Positions 28,243 to 38,246 of a stretch of 57,045 nt of DNA are shown here, in pieces (positions within the stretch are counted from its first letter, which is position 1; every line of letters begins with the position of its first letter). The position numbers were made by a program, and so were the translations under genes. Origin of the DNA: an uncultured Muribaculaceae bacterium (lineage in GTDB: Bacteria; Bacillota_I; Bacilli_A; RF39; UBA660); contig CAZALI010000005.1 in the NCBI GenBank assembly GCA_964486215.1, forward strand, positions 1 to 57,045. Direction: 5' to 3'. The notes under the pieces were generated by a model. That model saw nothing but the letters and a program-made list of their open reading frames with translations, was not told where the DNA came from and did not search any database.

Positions 28243-30653
28243 TTAATCATAATGAAATAGAAAAGAAATGGCAAAAATATTGGGCAGAACATGAAACTTT
28301 TAAAACAGATATTCATGATTTTTCTAAACCTAAATTTTATGTACTTGATATGTTTCCTTATCCTAGTGGGGTAGGACTTCATGCAGGTCATGTAGAAGGT
28401 TATACTGCTACTGATATAGTATCTAGGATGAAGAGAATGCAAGGATATAACGTACTTCATCCAATGGGATATGATTCTTTTGGATTACCTGCAGAACAAT
28501 ATGCTGTACAGACTGGTAATCATCCTAATGGATTTACAGAGAAGAATATTGCTTATTTTACCAAACAATTAAAAGCATTGGGATTTGATTATGATTGGGA
28601 TAGAATGATTTCTACTAGTGATCCTAAATATTATAAGTGGACACAGTGGATATTTAGGAACTTATATTTAGATGGATTTGCTAAATACATAGATATGCCT
28701 GTTAATTGGTGTGAAGAGTTAGGTACTGTTTTATCTAATGATGAAGTAATTGATGGTAAGAGTGAACGTGGTGGTTATCCTGTAATTAGAAAGAATATGA
28801 AACAACTTTGTATTGATCAACCTAAGTTTGCTGAAGATTTACTTGCTGGACTTAATGAAATAGATTGGCCTGAGTCTACTAAAGAAATGCAAAGAAACTG
28901 GATTGGTAAATCTACTGGAGTAGAGATGGATGTTGAAATAGTTGGTGGGGGTAAATTCTCTATTTATACTACTTGTATTGAAACAGTATATGGAATTACT
29001 TTCTTTGTACTTGCTCCAGAAGGTAATTTAGTGCAAGAATTAATGCCTAGAATTAAGAATAAAAAAGAAGTAAAAGCTTATATAGAAGAAGTTAATAAGA
29101 AGAGTGAATTTGATAGAACTGAGCTTAATAAAGGTAAGAGTGGTTGTAGACTAGAAGGAGTTAAAGCTATTAATCCAGTTAATGGTAAAGAAGTAGATAT
29201 CTTTATTGGAGACTTTGTACTTGCTAATTATGGTACTGGTGCTGTTATGGCTGTACCTAGTCATGATCAGAGAGACTTTGAATATGCTACAGTACACAAG
29301 ATACCTATGATAGAAGTTATTAGTGGTGGAGATACTAAGAAACAAGCTTTTGAAAAGTACGATTACTTAGGAAAGAATTGTAAGTTAGTAAATTCTGAAG
29401 AGTTTACTGGTATGATTGTGGAAGAAGCTAAAGAAGCTATTACTAAGAAATTAATTGATATGGGAGTTGCTCGTAGAAAAGTTAATTATAAATTCCGTGA
29501 ATGGATATTTGCTCGTCAAAGATATTGGGGAGAACCAGTACCTATAGTTCATACTGATGATGGAAAGGATTATGTACTAGAAGATGATGAGTTACCACTT
29601 GTTCTTCCTGAACTAGAAGATTATAGAGGGCATAATGGAAAAGCACCTCTTGAGAATGCTACTGAGTGGAAGAAATATGATAAGAATGGAGTTAAAGGTA
29701 TTAGAGAAACTTCTACTATGCCTGGATCTGCTGCTTCTAGTTGGTATTTCTTAAGATATATTGATCCACATAACGATAAAGAATTAGCTGATAAAGAGTT
29801 ATTAAAACACTGGATGCCAGTAGATTTATATATTGGCGGTCCAGAGCATGCTGTTGGTCATTTAATCTATTCTAGAATATGGAATAAGTATCTATATGAT
29901 AAAGGTATATCACCTGTTAAAGAACCATTTAAAAAACTTGTTCATCAAGGTATGATACTTGGTTCTAATGGTATTAAAATGGGCAAGAGATATCCAGAAT
30001 TTGTCGTTAATCCTATCGATATAGCAGAAAATTATGGTGCTGATACATTGAGACTTTATGAGATGTTTATGGGTCCATTAGAGGCTAGTAAACCTTGGAG
30101 TCAATCTGGTGTTGAAGGAGCTAAAAAGTTTATTGAACGTGTATGGAGAACATTAATTGAAGATAATAAAGTACAAGATAAAGACAATCCTAATTTAGAT
30201 AAAGCATATAATAAAATGGTAAAGAAAGTTACTAATGATTATGAATCTCTTGATTTTAATACTGCTATTAGTGAACTTATGATCTTTATGAACGCTTGTC
30301 AAAAAGAAGAAGTAATTCCTAAAAAGTATGCTGAAGGATTTGTTAAATTATTAAATCCTGTTACTCCACATATTACTGAAGAAATGTGGGAAAAGTTAGG
30401 ACATGATAAGACTATTGCTTTTGAGAAATGGCCTGAATATGACGATAATCTTACTGTTGATGATAGTATTGAAATTGGCGTTCAAGTTAATGGTAAACTT
30501 AGAGGTACTATTAATATCAATGTAGATGAAGATGAAGAAAGTGTTAAAGCAAAGGCACTTGATGTAGAGAATGTTAAAAAGTTCTGTGATGGTCATGAAA
30601 TAAAGAAAGTTATTGTCATTAAAAATAAGATTGTTAGTATAGTTATTAAATAG
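28239..30653 (+). CDS. leuS: Leucine--tRNA ligase
   Basis: DMFPYPSG.GLHAGH, YGTGAVMAVP (editing domain), RQRYWG, KMGKR (KMSKS variant). Confidence 0.98.
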   Translation: MINHNEIEKKWQKYWAEHETFKTDIHDFSKPKFYVLDMFPYPSGVGLHAGHVEGYTATDIVSRMKRMQGYNVLHPMGYDSFGLPAEQYAVQTGNHPNGFTEKNIAYFTKQLKALGFDYDWDRMISTSDPKYYKWTQWIFRNLYLDGFAKYIDMPVNWCEELGTVLSNDEVIDGKSERGGYPVIRKNMKQLCIDQPKFAEDLLAGLNEIDWPESTKEMQRNWIGKSTGVEMDVEIVGGGKFSIYTTCIETVYGITFFVLAPEGNLVQELMPRIKNKKEVKAYIEEVNKKSEFDRTELNKGKSGCRLEGVKAINPVNGKEVDIFIGDFVLANYGTGAVMAVPSHDQRDFEYATVHKIPMIEVISGGDTKKQAFEKYDYLGKNCKLVNSEEFTGMIVEEAKEAITKKLIDMGVARRKVNYKFREWIFARQRYWGEPVPIVHTDDGKDYVLEDDELPLVLPELEDYRGHNGKAPLENATEWKKYDKNGVKGIRETSTMPGSAASSWYFLRYIDPHNDKELADKELLKHWMPVDLYIGGPEHAVGHLIYSRIWNKYLYDKGISPVKEPFKKLVHQGMILGSNGIKMGKRYPEFVVNPIDIAENYGADTLRLYEMFMGPLEASKPWSQSGVEGAKKFIERVWRTLIEDNKVQDKDNPNLDKAYNKMVKKVTNDYESLDFNTAISELMIFMNACQKEEVIPKKYAEGFVKLLNPVTPHITEEMWEKLGHDKTIAFEKWPEYDDNLTVDDSIEIGVQVNGKLRGTININVDEDEESVKAKALDVENVKKFCDGHEIKKVIVIKNKIVSIVIK

Positions 30654-30675
30654 ACTCTTAGGAGTCTATTTTTTT
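30648..30675 (+). terminator. leuS terminator
   Basis: AAATAGACTC-ttag-GAGTCTATTT plus T tract; includes the stop codon. Confidence 0.8.
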
Positions 30676-30702
30676 GACATATAGCCTTAAATATGGTATA
30701 AT
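30674..30702 (+). promoter_or_regulatory. Consensus sigma-A promoter of the Fic gene
   Basis: TTGACA-17 nt-TATAAT with a TG extension. Confidence 0.8.
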
Positions 30703-30720
30703 TAGCGCCATAAATGGGGG

Positions 30721-31863
30721 ATGTTTATGTTTGAGAAAGTGATAAACGTTTATGTTATTGGTGGCAGTGTTTTTGAAGAGAATATGTATAATCTTTTAAT
30801 GCTAAGATTTAAGGAGAGTTTCTCTTATGATAGTTTATCTATTGAGAGAGCTTTTAATGATTTGCATGCCTTAGAAAAAGAATATAATATGATTAAAAAT
30901 AGAGCTAGTGTTGATTACTATGATTTTTCTTTTTTGAGTGAAAAATTACGAATAGATAGAGATCTAAGAAGATTTATAGTTAGTTTTGGACATGATGTTG
31001 GTATATTGCCTGGAGATTGTAATTCTTTAACTCCTCAAAGTATAGTTGATAAAGAATTTAATGAAAACTTTAAATATATGAAGAAAGATATGCATAATGC
31101 TATAGAAGTTAGAAATGGTGAATATTCACCTCGTGATACTTATAGAAGTGTTGGTGAATTCTTTAAATGGAGTTTTGAAATTAACTCTGCTAGAGAAAAA
31201 GCCTTTAATATGCAGAAAGATAATTTAGATGCCTTTGACTATGCTATGAATCTTAATACTATTGGCATAAATGAAATTATTAAGATAAATGATATTGTTA
31301 ATAATTCTAATCCTGATAAAGTTAGTGGTTTTAAAAAGACTAATAATTATATCAGAGGAGCAAGATTTGATGTTTCAGATAAGACATCTGTTCCTACACA
31401 GATGGCAGAGTTAATAGCTGATTATAATAATAATTTTGGTATGGAGATACTTGATCCTGGAGATAGTAATATTTCTAGTGAAGAAAGAGATGCTAGACTA
31501 TTAAATATCTTTAAAAGAGAAGCATTATTTCATATTAGATTTGAAAGAATTCATCCATTTGAAGATGGAAATGGAAGAACAGGTAGAATTATTATGAATA
31601 AACATTTAATGGATCTTGGTATGGCTCCAGTACTTATTACTAATATTATGAGTGATGAATACAAAGAATATATTGCTACTTGTAATTCTGATAAATTAGC
31701 TAAGATGATGTTAGCTAGTTCTTCTCAAACTTTATCTACTTGGATTTCATTTAGAGATATTTATTCTCTAAGTAAGAAGAGTTTAAAAGATAATTCTACT
31801 TTAGCAGAATTAATACTAAATAATAAGAAATCTAAGATAAAATCACTTTATAAATTAAAATAG
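30721..31863 (+). CDS. Fic-domain protein
   Basis: Canonical HPFEDGNGRTGR; the start may be the ATG at 30727. Confidence 0.92.
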   Translation: MFMFEKVINVYVIGGSVFEENMYNLLMLRFKESFSYDSLSIERAFNDLHALEKEYNMIKNRASVDYYDFSFLSEKLRIDRDLRRFIVSFGHDVGILPGDCNSLTPQSIVDKEFNENFKYMKKDMHNAIEVRNGEYSPRDTYRSVGEFFKWSFEINSAREKAFNMQKDNLDAFDYAMNLNTIGINEIIKINDIVNNSNPDKVSGFKKTNNYIRGARFDVSDKTSVPTQMAELIADYNNNFGMEILDPGDSNISSEERDARLLNIFKREALFHIRFERIHPFEDGNGRTGRIIMNKHLMDLGMAPVLITNIMSDEYKEYIATCNSDKLAKMMLASSSQTLSTWISFRDIYSLSKKSLKDNSTLAELILNNKKSKIKSLYKLK

Positions 31864-31905
31864 CTTATAGCTATTTTTTTTGTTATAATTAATTAGGTGA
31901 ATACA

Positions 31906-33543
31906 ATGAAAAAAAATAGAATATTGAGGAAACATTCATTCATAACAGGTGCTTTTATTAGTACTTTAGGTATTATTATTAGTAAAGTACTTGGTGTAGT
32001 ATATGTAGTCCCATTTCATGCTTTAGTTGGCGATGTAGGTGGAGCTCTTTATGGTTACGCTTATTCTATTTATGCTTTCTTTATTGGAATTAGTACTGCT
32101 GGTATACCACTTTCTGTTAGTAAAGTTACATCTTATTATGCTGCTAAAGGAGATTATAGTGCTAAACAAAGAACTTTTATTCTAGCTAGGAAGATGGCTT
32201 TAATACTTGGTTTTGTATCATTCTTAATATTAATTATATTTGCTCCAATGATAGCTAAGCTTATTATTGGTAATTTAAGTGGTGGTAATTCTCTTTCTGC
32301 TATTACTGGTGTTATTAGAATAATTGCTTTAGCTGTATTAGTAGTACCAGTACTTAGTATTTATAGAGGTTATATGCAAGGTCATATGATTATGACTCCT
32401 CCTAGTATTTCACAAGTAATAGAACAAATAGTTAGAGTAACTATTATAGTTATTGGTAGCTTTTTAGTTATAAAAGTATTTAAGGAATCTGTATCTTTAA
32501 GTGTTAATGTTGCTTTACTTGGAGCTCTTATAGGAGCTATTTGTTCATACTTATATTTAAAAATAGTATATTTAAAAAATAAGAATAAATTTAAAGATAA
32601 AAATAATACTTATAGTAGTAGTAAAGTTACGAATAAAGAAATTATTAATATGATTATAATATATGCAATACCATTTATTATGATTGATATTATTAAATCT
32701 TTATATGATTTAGTAGATATGAGTACAATAGTTAAGAGTTTAGCTATGTATGCTGAATATACTACGGCTGAGGCTGAAAGTGTTATGAGTATTATATCTA
32801 CTTGGGGTAAGAAATTTAATATGATAGTTATTAGTGTTACTACTGGTATTATTATGAGTCTTATTCCTAGTTTAAGTAGTTCTATTGCGAAAGGTGATAA
32901 GAAAGATATTAATGATAAAATTAATGATTCATTCAGTTTACTACTATTACTTGCTTTACCTATGAGTGCTGGTATTAGTATTTTATCTTATCCTATTTGG
33001 AATTTATTTTATGGTAGTGGAAATGGGGCAGTAGTACTTAGTTATTTTGTATTTACTTCTATATTTATTTCACTATTTACTTTGAGTGTTACTATTATAC
33101 AGTTGTTTAAAGAATATAAAGTACTATTAATTAGTATGTTAGTTGGATTATTGTTTAAGATACTATTAAATGTTAATTTAATTAATACATTCTTTAAAGC
33201 TGGTCTTCCTCCAGTATATGGAGCTATTACTGCTAGTATTATTGGATATTTAGTTACTTTTATAATATGTATTGTTTTCTTATATAAGAAATATAATATT
33301 AGATTTGATTCTGTAGTTAATAATTTTATAGATATATTTATAGATACACTTCTTATGAGCACAATACTTTTATTAATTACTAGATTTATTCCAGTTACTG
33401 GTACTAGTAGAATGAGTAGTTTCTTAATTATACTTATATATACAATTATGGGAATTATTATATATGGTATATATGCTTTTAGAAGAGGCTTAATTAAAAA
33501 TATAGTTGGAGATAGGATAAATAAATTATTTAAAAAGAATTGA
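31906..33543 (+). CDS. MOP-family flippase (MurJ/YtgP-like)
   Basis: About 14 TM segments; ISTAGIPLSVSK, YRGYMQG, ISQVIEQIVR. Confidence 0.88.
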   Translation: MKKNRILRKHSFITGAFISTLGIIISKVLGVVYVVPFHALVGDVGGALYGYAYSIYAFFIGISTAGIPLSVSKVTSYYAAKGDYSAKQRTFILARKMALILGFVSFLILIIFAPMIAKLIIGNLSGGNSLSAITGVIRIIALAVLVVPVLSIYRGYMQGHMIMTPPSISQVIEQIVRVTIIVIGSFLVIKVFKESVSLSVNVALLGALIGAICSYLYLKIVYLKNKNKFKDKNNTYSSSKVTNKEIINMIIIYAIPFIMIDIIKSLYDLVDMSTIVKSLAMYAEYTTAEAESVMSIISTWGKKFNMIVISVTTGIIMSLIPSLSSSIAKGDKKDINDKINDSFSLLLLLALPMSAGISILSYPIWNLFYGSGNGAVVLSYFVFTSIFISLFTLSVTIIQLFKEYKVLLISMLVGLLFKILLNVNLINTFFKAGLPPVYGAITASIIGYLVTFIICIVFLYKKYNIRFDSVVNNFIDIFIDTLLMSTILLLITRFIPVTGTSRMSSFLIILIYTIMGIIIYGIYAFRRGLIKNIVGDRINKLFKKN

Positions 33544-33585
33544 ATATAGATTTGGATAGTTTTATAATTTAGTTAAGGAGGATAT

Positions 33586-34239
33586 ATGAAGAAATATATT
33601 AGTGAATTTATAGGTACTTTAGTTTTAGTATTACTAGGTTGTGGAGTTGCGGTTGTGAAAGGAGAAGATACACTTGCGGTAGCTGTTGCTTTTGGTCTTG
33701 CAGTTATGGCTATGGCATATGCAGTTGGTCCTATTAGTGGAGGACATTTCAATCCTGCTGTAACACTTGGAATGTTAATAAACAAGAGAATTGATAGTAA
33801 AGATATGGTAAGCTATATGATAGCTCAAATACTTGGGGCTTTAGCTGGATCACTTATTTTATTCCTTATTTTGATGTCTACACCTCTTGGAACAGAAAAC
33901 TTAGGAGCAAATGGTTTTGGAGAAGCAACTGGTGTTACTGTTTGGGGAGCACTTTTAGTAGAAGTAGTATTAACATTTATCTTTGTTTATACTGTACTTT
34001 GTGTTAGTAGTGATGAAAAGAATAAAAGTGCTGGATTAATTATTGGTTTAACATTAACACTTGTTCACTTACTTGGAATACCTTTAACTGGTACTTCAGT
34101 AAACCCAGCTAGAAGTATAGCACCGGCTTTAGTATCTGGTGGTAAAGCATTTAGTCAAGTATGGGTATTTATTTTAGCACCACTTGCTGGAGCTACACTA
34201 GCTGGATTCTTATATAAATTCTTAAATGCTAAAAAATAA
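33586..34239 (+). CDS. Aquaporin (MIP family, AqpZ-like)
   Basis: ISGGHFNPAVT and GTSVNPARS. Confidence 0.95.
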   Translation: MKKYISEFIGTLVLVLLGCGVAVVKGEDTLAVAVAFGLAVMAMAYAVGPISGGHFNPAVTLGMLINKRIDSKDMVSYMIAQILGALAGSLILFLILMSTPLGTENLGANGFGEATGVTVWGALLVEVVLTFIFVYTVLCVSSDEKNKSAGLIIGLTLTLVHLLGIPLTGTSVNPARSIAPALVSGGKAFSQVWVFILAPLAGATLAGFLYKFLNAKK

Positions 34240-34262
34240 AAGACAGTTAACTGTCTTTTTTT
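34238..34262. terminator. Bidirectional terminator
   Basis: AAAAGACAG-ttaa-CTGTCTTTT across the convergent stop codons. Confidence 0.75.
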
Positions 34263-35557
34263 GTTAATTTCTTTTTTATGTTTTTTAAAAAATGATATGT
34301 TTTAAATAATATATTATAGGTATGATACCAGAAGTTTGAAATAACTAGGTCATATTCACCTAATAATTCTGATACATGACCACCAAAACTCTTTTTGAAT
34401 AGGAATAGTCCATATAGAGGATTATCTTTATTGAAGTCTCCTGTTATACCATAAAAGTTATATCTTTTTAGTTTCTTTTCAACAGCAAGTTTTACTCCAG
34501 CATAGTGAATTGTATAAGCTGATTTAAACTGCATAACATCATCAAGTGTTCCACCTAACAGAGATAATACTTCATTACCATATATTAAGAATAATATTCC
34601 ACCTAATGTTTTCTTTTCTCCAAATTCTTTTTTGTATTCTTTTATTTTTTCTAAGTCTTTTTTTAGACGAGTTATTTGTTCTTCATCTTGTTTATTATTA
34701 GATTTATATCTTTTTTCATTCATTTTTAATAAATTATTTTCATATTTATTAATTCTATCTTTTAGAGCATCTTCATGTTCTTTTAATTCATCTTTAGTAT
34801 TCTTTTCATATAAGTTAAAATCTATTTCACCGATAAGTATTTTTAAAATACCATCATCATGCATAGTGTTCCACATAGATTCATAATATGAAAATGGTCT
34901 ATCAATAAATTCTCTTCTATCAGATGTTTTTTGCATTATCTCTTTAAATAGAGGCAGTTCATCTTTTTCTATCTCTCTAGTAGTAATACCACATCTTTCG
35001 TTTTTTCTTAGTATTTGTCTTGTTTTAGATTCCATGTCTTTATCTACTTCTTCTTGTGTTTTACCTTCTGTTTCAATAACATGAATCCATCTAGGTTGGA
35101 GAGTATCTTGCATAGTATTAAAACCAAAGTGTTTATAACCTAAGTCTATTAAGTTTTGATGAGCTTTTTTATTATTATTTCCACCTTCTACTACTTTTCC
35201 ATTATTATCATGTTCTTGGTATTCTAGATATGGATCTATCTTAATAAATATACCGTTATTTTTTTTAGCATATTCTTTTACTTTAGTAGTCCATTCCTTT
35301 AATAGGCTTTTATCATTATAATCTATTAAAAATCCTCTAGGTGAATAGAACATATTCTTCTTAATAAAAGGTAATTGTTTAGATAGTAATAGTGAAGTAC
35401 ATATTATTTTGTTCTTATCTTTTAAAGCTAAGTAGTGAGGTTTCCAACCATTTTCTTTTTTTAATTCTCCCCAATTAGAAGTTTGATGGAATGATATTTG
35501 AGGAGATTTTAGAGCTTCTTTATTAAACTCTTTTTCATTTAGAGTTACTAATTCCAT
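34247..35557 (-). CDS. FemABX/MurMN-family peptidoglycan bridge aminoacyltransferase
   Basis: FHQTSNWG, YSPRG, IKIDP, QPRW, coiled coil, YNFYGI, FKKSFGG..GEYD. Confidence 0.93.
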   Translation of the reverse strand: MELVTLNEKEFNKEALKSPQISFHQTSNWGELKKENGWKPHYLALKDKNKIICTSLLLSKQLPFIKKNMFYSPRGFLIDYNDKSLLKEWTTKVKEYAKKNNGIFIKIDPYLEYQEHDNNGKVVEGGNNNKKAHQNLIDLGYKHFGFNTMQDTLQPRWIHVIETEGKTQEEVDKDMESKTRQILRKNERCGITTREIEKDELPLFKEIMQKTSDRREFIDRPFSYYESMWNTMHDDGILKILIGEIDFNLYEKNTKDELKEHEDALKDRINKYENNLLKMNEKRYKSNNKQDEEQITRLKKDLEKIKEYKKEFGEKKTLGGILFLIYGNEVLSLLGGTLDDVMQFKSAYTIHYAGVKLAVEKKLKRYNFYGITGDFNKDNPLYGLFLFKKSFGGHVSELLGEYDLVISNFWYHTYNILFKTYHFLKNIKKKLTKKDS

Positions 35558-36809
35558 TTTGAACCTCCTTCTTTCTTTTATTTTTCTTTATCTTTCTATA
35601 TATAGGTACTAGCTTAGTAAATACTATATACATTGGTTTATTTATTACTAAGTCTAATTCTCCAATAAACTCAGTATATTCTCCATTTAATCTTTTCTTA
35701 AATAGATAAATACCATATTCTGGATCTGTAGTTTTTGGATTATAAGTAGTACCAAAGAAATCTATTAATTTATATCCGTCTTTTACAGCATCTTTTATTA
35801 TTTCGTAATAAACTAAGTAGTTTGAATTTAATTCTCTTAAATTAGTAGAGTTTCCACCATGTACTGTCCATACTTTATCACCATACTTAGCTGTGATTAT
35901 GGATGATAATGGATAAATATCTTCTTTTATACTATCTAATTCTTTTAATAATTTTTCTTGTTTAGTAATTTGGTTATCTATTTCTTTTATTTTATTAGGT
36001 ATTTGTAAGGTACTTTGATAGTCTTTTAACTCTTTTATTTTATTCTTTATAGTATTTATTGTTTCTTTCTTATTTAGATATACTGTATAAATATCACTCA
36101 TATTATATTTATTTAGAGTTTTATAGAAATTATCAAAATACTCTATTGGATGAAGAGATAAGTTTTCTCTTTTAGCTGTCTCAATCATGGTAGTATAAAA
36201 GTCTTTAATAGAGTCATTATTCTTTTTAATTTCTAAATTATAGATATTTCCTCTATTAAGTATCTTTTTAGTAGTATTGTGAAAGTTATTAGTTATTTCT
36301 TCAATACTTTTATCTAGTTTTAATCTAAAAGTATATCTTGGTTCACTATGTTCAAAGGCTTTATTAAAACCTAAGTGTTTATAACCTAATTCTTTTAAAT
36401 AATCTATTAGTTTGTGATTATCTTCTCCTTCTATGACATTGCCATCTATATCTAGATTATGTAGTTTTATATCAGGATCTATTTTTATATAGATAGCTTT
36501 TTTCTCTTTGGCAAATTCTTTTAACTTATTAGTTATTTCTTTTAATAATTCTTTATTAGAAAAGTCTATTACATAACCACGTGGTGCATAGAAATAACTA
36601 TATCCTAGAGGCAGATGCTTTTGTAGTAATAGAGTAGCTGCTTTAATATTGTCTTTTTCATCTACTAAGCCTAAATAATATGGAGTTAGACCTTTACTTT
36701 TCTTTGAGAATTCTCCCCAGGCAGCTGATTGTAGGAAGTGAGATTTAGTCTTATGATTTTTAGTAAAATTATCAAATTTTTCTTTTTCAATTTCTTTTAA
36801 AACTAACAT
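35535..36809 (-). CDS. FemABX/MurMN-family peptidoglycan bridge aminoacyltransferase (paralogue)
   Basis: HFLQSAAWG, YAPRG, IKIDP, DFFG, FKKRL..EFIGE; ATG at 36809 follows GAGG. Confidence 0.93.
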   Translation of the reverse strand: MLVLKEIEKEKFDNFTKNHKTKSHFLQSAAWGEFSKKSKGLTPYYLGLVDEKDNIKAATLLLQKHLPLGYSYFYAPRGYVIDFSNKELLKEITNKLKEFAKEKKAIYIKIDPDIKLHNLDIDGNVIEGEDNHKLIDYLKELGYKHLGFNKAFEHSEPRYTFRLKLDKSIEEITNNFHNTTKKILNRGNIYNLEIKKNNDSIKDFYTTMIETAKRENLSLHPIEYFDNFYKTLNKYNMSDIYTVYLNKKETINTIKNKIKELKDYQSTLQIPNKIKEIDNQITKQEKLLKELDSIKEDIYPLSSIITAKYGDKVWTVHGGNSTNLRELNSNYLVYYEIIKDAVKDGYKLIDFFGTTYNPKTTDPEYGIYLFKKRLNGEYTEFIGELDLVINKPMYIVFTKLVPIYRKIKKNKRKKEVQNGISNSK

Positions 36810-36887
36810 ATTATTCCTCACTTTCTTGTATTTTAAGTATATCATATAATATATATTTATGTTAGAATATATTTCATAGGTGATTTG

Positions 36888-37511
36888 ATGAGACTTAGAA
36901 ATTTAAAGAACAAAGAAGAAATTATCAATACTTGTCCATTTGTGATTACTGATGGATCTAAAAATAAAGGCAAATGGAATAGTGTTTTTGGGAATAATAA
37001 TCCTATTTATATAGAGATTGGTATGGGTATGGGTAAATTCATTTATGAGAATGCTTTACTTAATCCAAATATTAATTATATAGGTATAGAGAAGTACGAT
37101 AACGTCGTAGCTAGAGCTGTTAAAGAGAGAGAAGCTCTACCTAATTTACTTGTTGTTAGGATGGATGCGAGAGAGATAGATAATGTCTTTGATAGAGAAA
37201 TTGATAAGATATATCTTAACTTCAGTGATCCATGGCCTAAGAGTGGACAAGCTAATAGAAGACTTACTAGTCCTATATTCTTAGAAAAATATGATAAAAT
37301 CTTTAGAAAAGATATTTCAATAGAGATGAAAACTGATAATAAAAAATTATTTGAATATTCAATAATATCATTTAATAATTCTGGCTATAAGTTTAATAAT
37401 ATATCATTTGATTGGCATACTGATAGTAAAGATAAAATCATTACAACAGAGTATGAAGAGAAGTTTATAAATAAAGGTAATTCTATATATTTTATTGACG
37501 TTAGTAAGTAG
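36888..37511 (+). CDS. trmB: tRNA (guanine46-N7)-methyltransferase
   Basis: MRLR, IEIGMGMG, LNFSDPWPK, KTDN, TEYEEKF. Confidence 0.96.
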   Translation: MRLRNLKNKEEIINTCPFVITDGSKNKGKWNSVFGNNNPIYIEIGMGMGKFIYENALLNPNINYIGIEKYDNVVARAVKEREALPNLLVVRMDAREIDNVFDREIDKIYLNFSDPWPKSGQANRRLTSPIFLEKYDKIFRKDISIEMKTDNKKLFEYSIISFNNSGYKFNNISFDWHTDSKDKIITTEYEEKFINKGNSIYFIDVSK

Positions 37512-37569
37512 TATAAAATATTTTACATTTATAATTTTTTTGATATAATATAAGAAGAGTAGGTGAGTT

Positions 37570-38235
37570 ATGAAAAGAGTAAAGATTATTTTAGTTTTAT
37601 TAATAGTCTTTGTACTAGTTACTGGTTGTAGTATGACTACTCTAAATAATAATTATGCTCATAATATTGATGCAATACTTTCTAGTAAGAATAATGCTTA
37701 TAATGTATATTTTGATGGATATAAATACTATGTACCTAGAGGTATGAGATTTATTGATAAGCAAGAGTATAATGCAATTTTGAGTGATACTAAGAATAAT
37801 AAATATTATTTATATGTAGATGCAATTAGTTATTACAATAAAGAAAATAAAAAGTATAAAGTTGATAAGAGTGCTTATTATGCTAAGAAATTAAATTATA
37901 ATAATAAGAATGGTTATATTCAAATAGATGAGATGGATTATAATTACTTAGTACAGTATATGTATAATTATTCTAAGATAGAGTGCTATGTTAAAAAGCG
38001 TGATTTAGTTAAAGCTATTAATAATATGTCTTATTTGCTTAGAAGTATTAAGTTTAATAGAAGTGTTCTTAGTAGTTTAATTGGAGAGAATGCTTTAAGT
38101 TATAAAGAGAAACATTATTCTTTATTTGATAATGATAATAATAGAGAAGATTTCTTAGATGTAGTTTATCAGAATGAGGATAAAGCATATAAGGAAGCAG
38201 TAGATGAGGATAAGATTAAGTTAAATGATGAATAG
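37570..38235 (+). CDS. Hypothetical lipoprotein
   Basis: Signal peptide with lipobox VTGC. Confidence 0.8.
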   Translation: MKRVKIILVLLIVFVLVTGCSMTTLNNNYAHNIDAILSSKNNAYNVYFDGYKYYVPRGMRFIDKQEYNAILSDTKNNKYYLYVDAISYYNKENKKYKVDKSAYYAKKLNYNNKNGYIQIDEMDYNYLVQYMYNYSKIECYVKKRDLVKAINNMSYLLRSIKFNRSVLSSLIGENALSYKEKHYSLFDNDNNREDFLDVVYQNEDKAYKEAVDEDKIKLNDE

Positions 38236-38246
38236 AGGTGATACTC

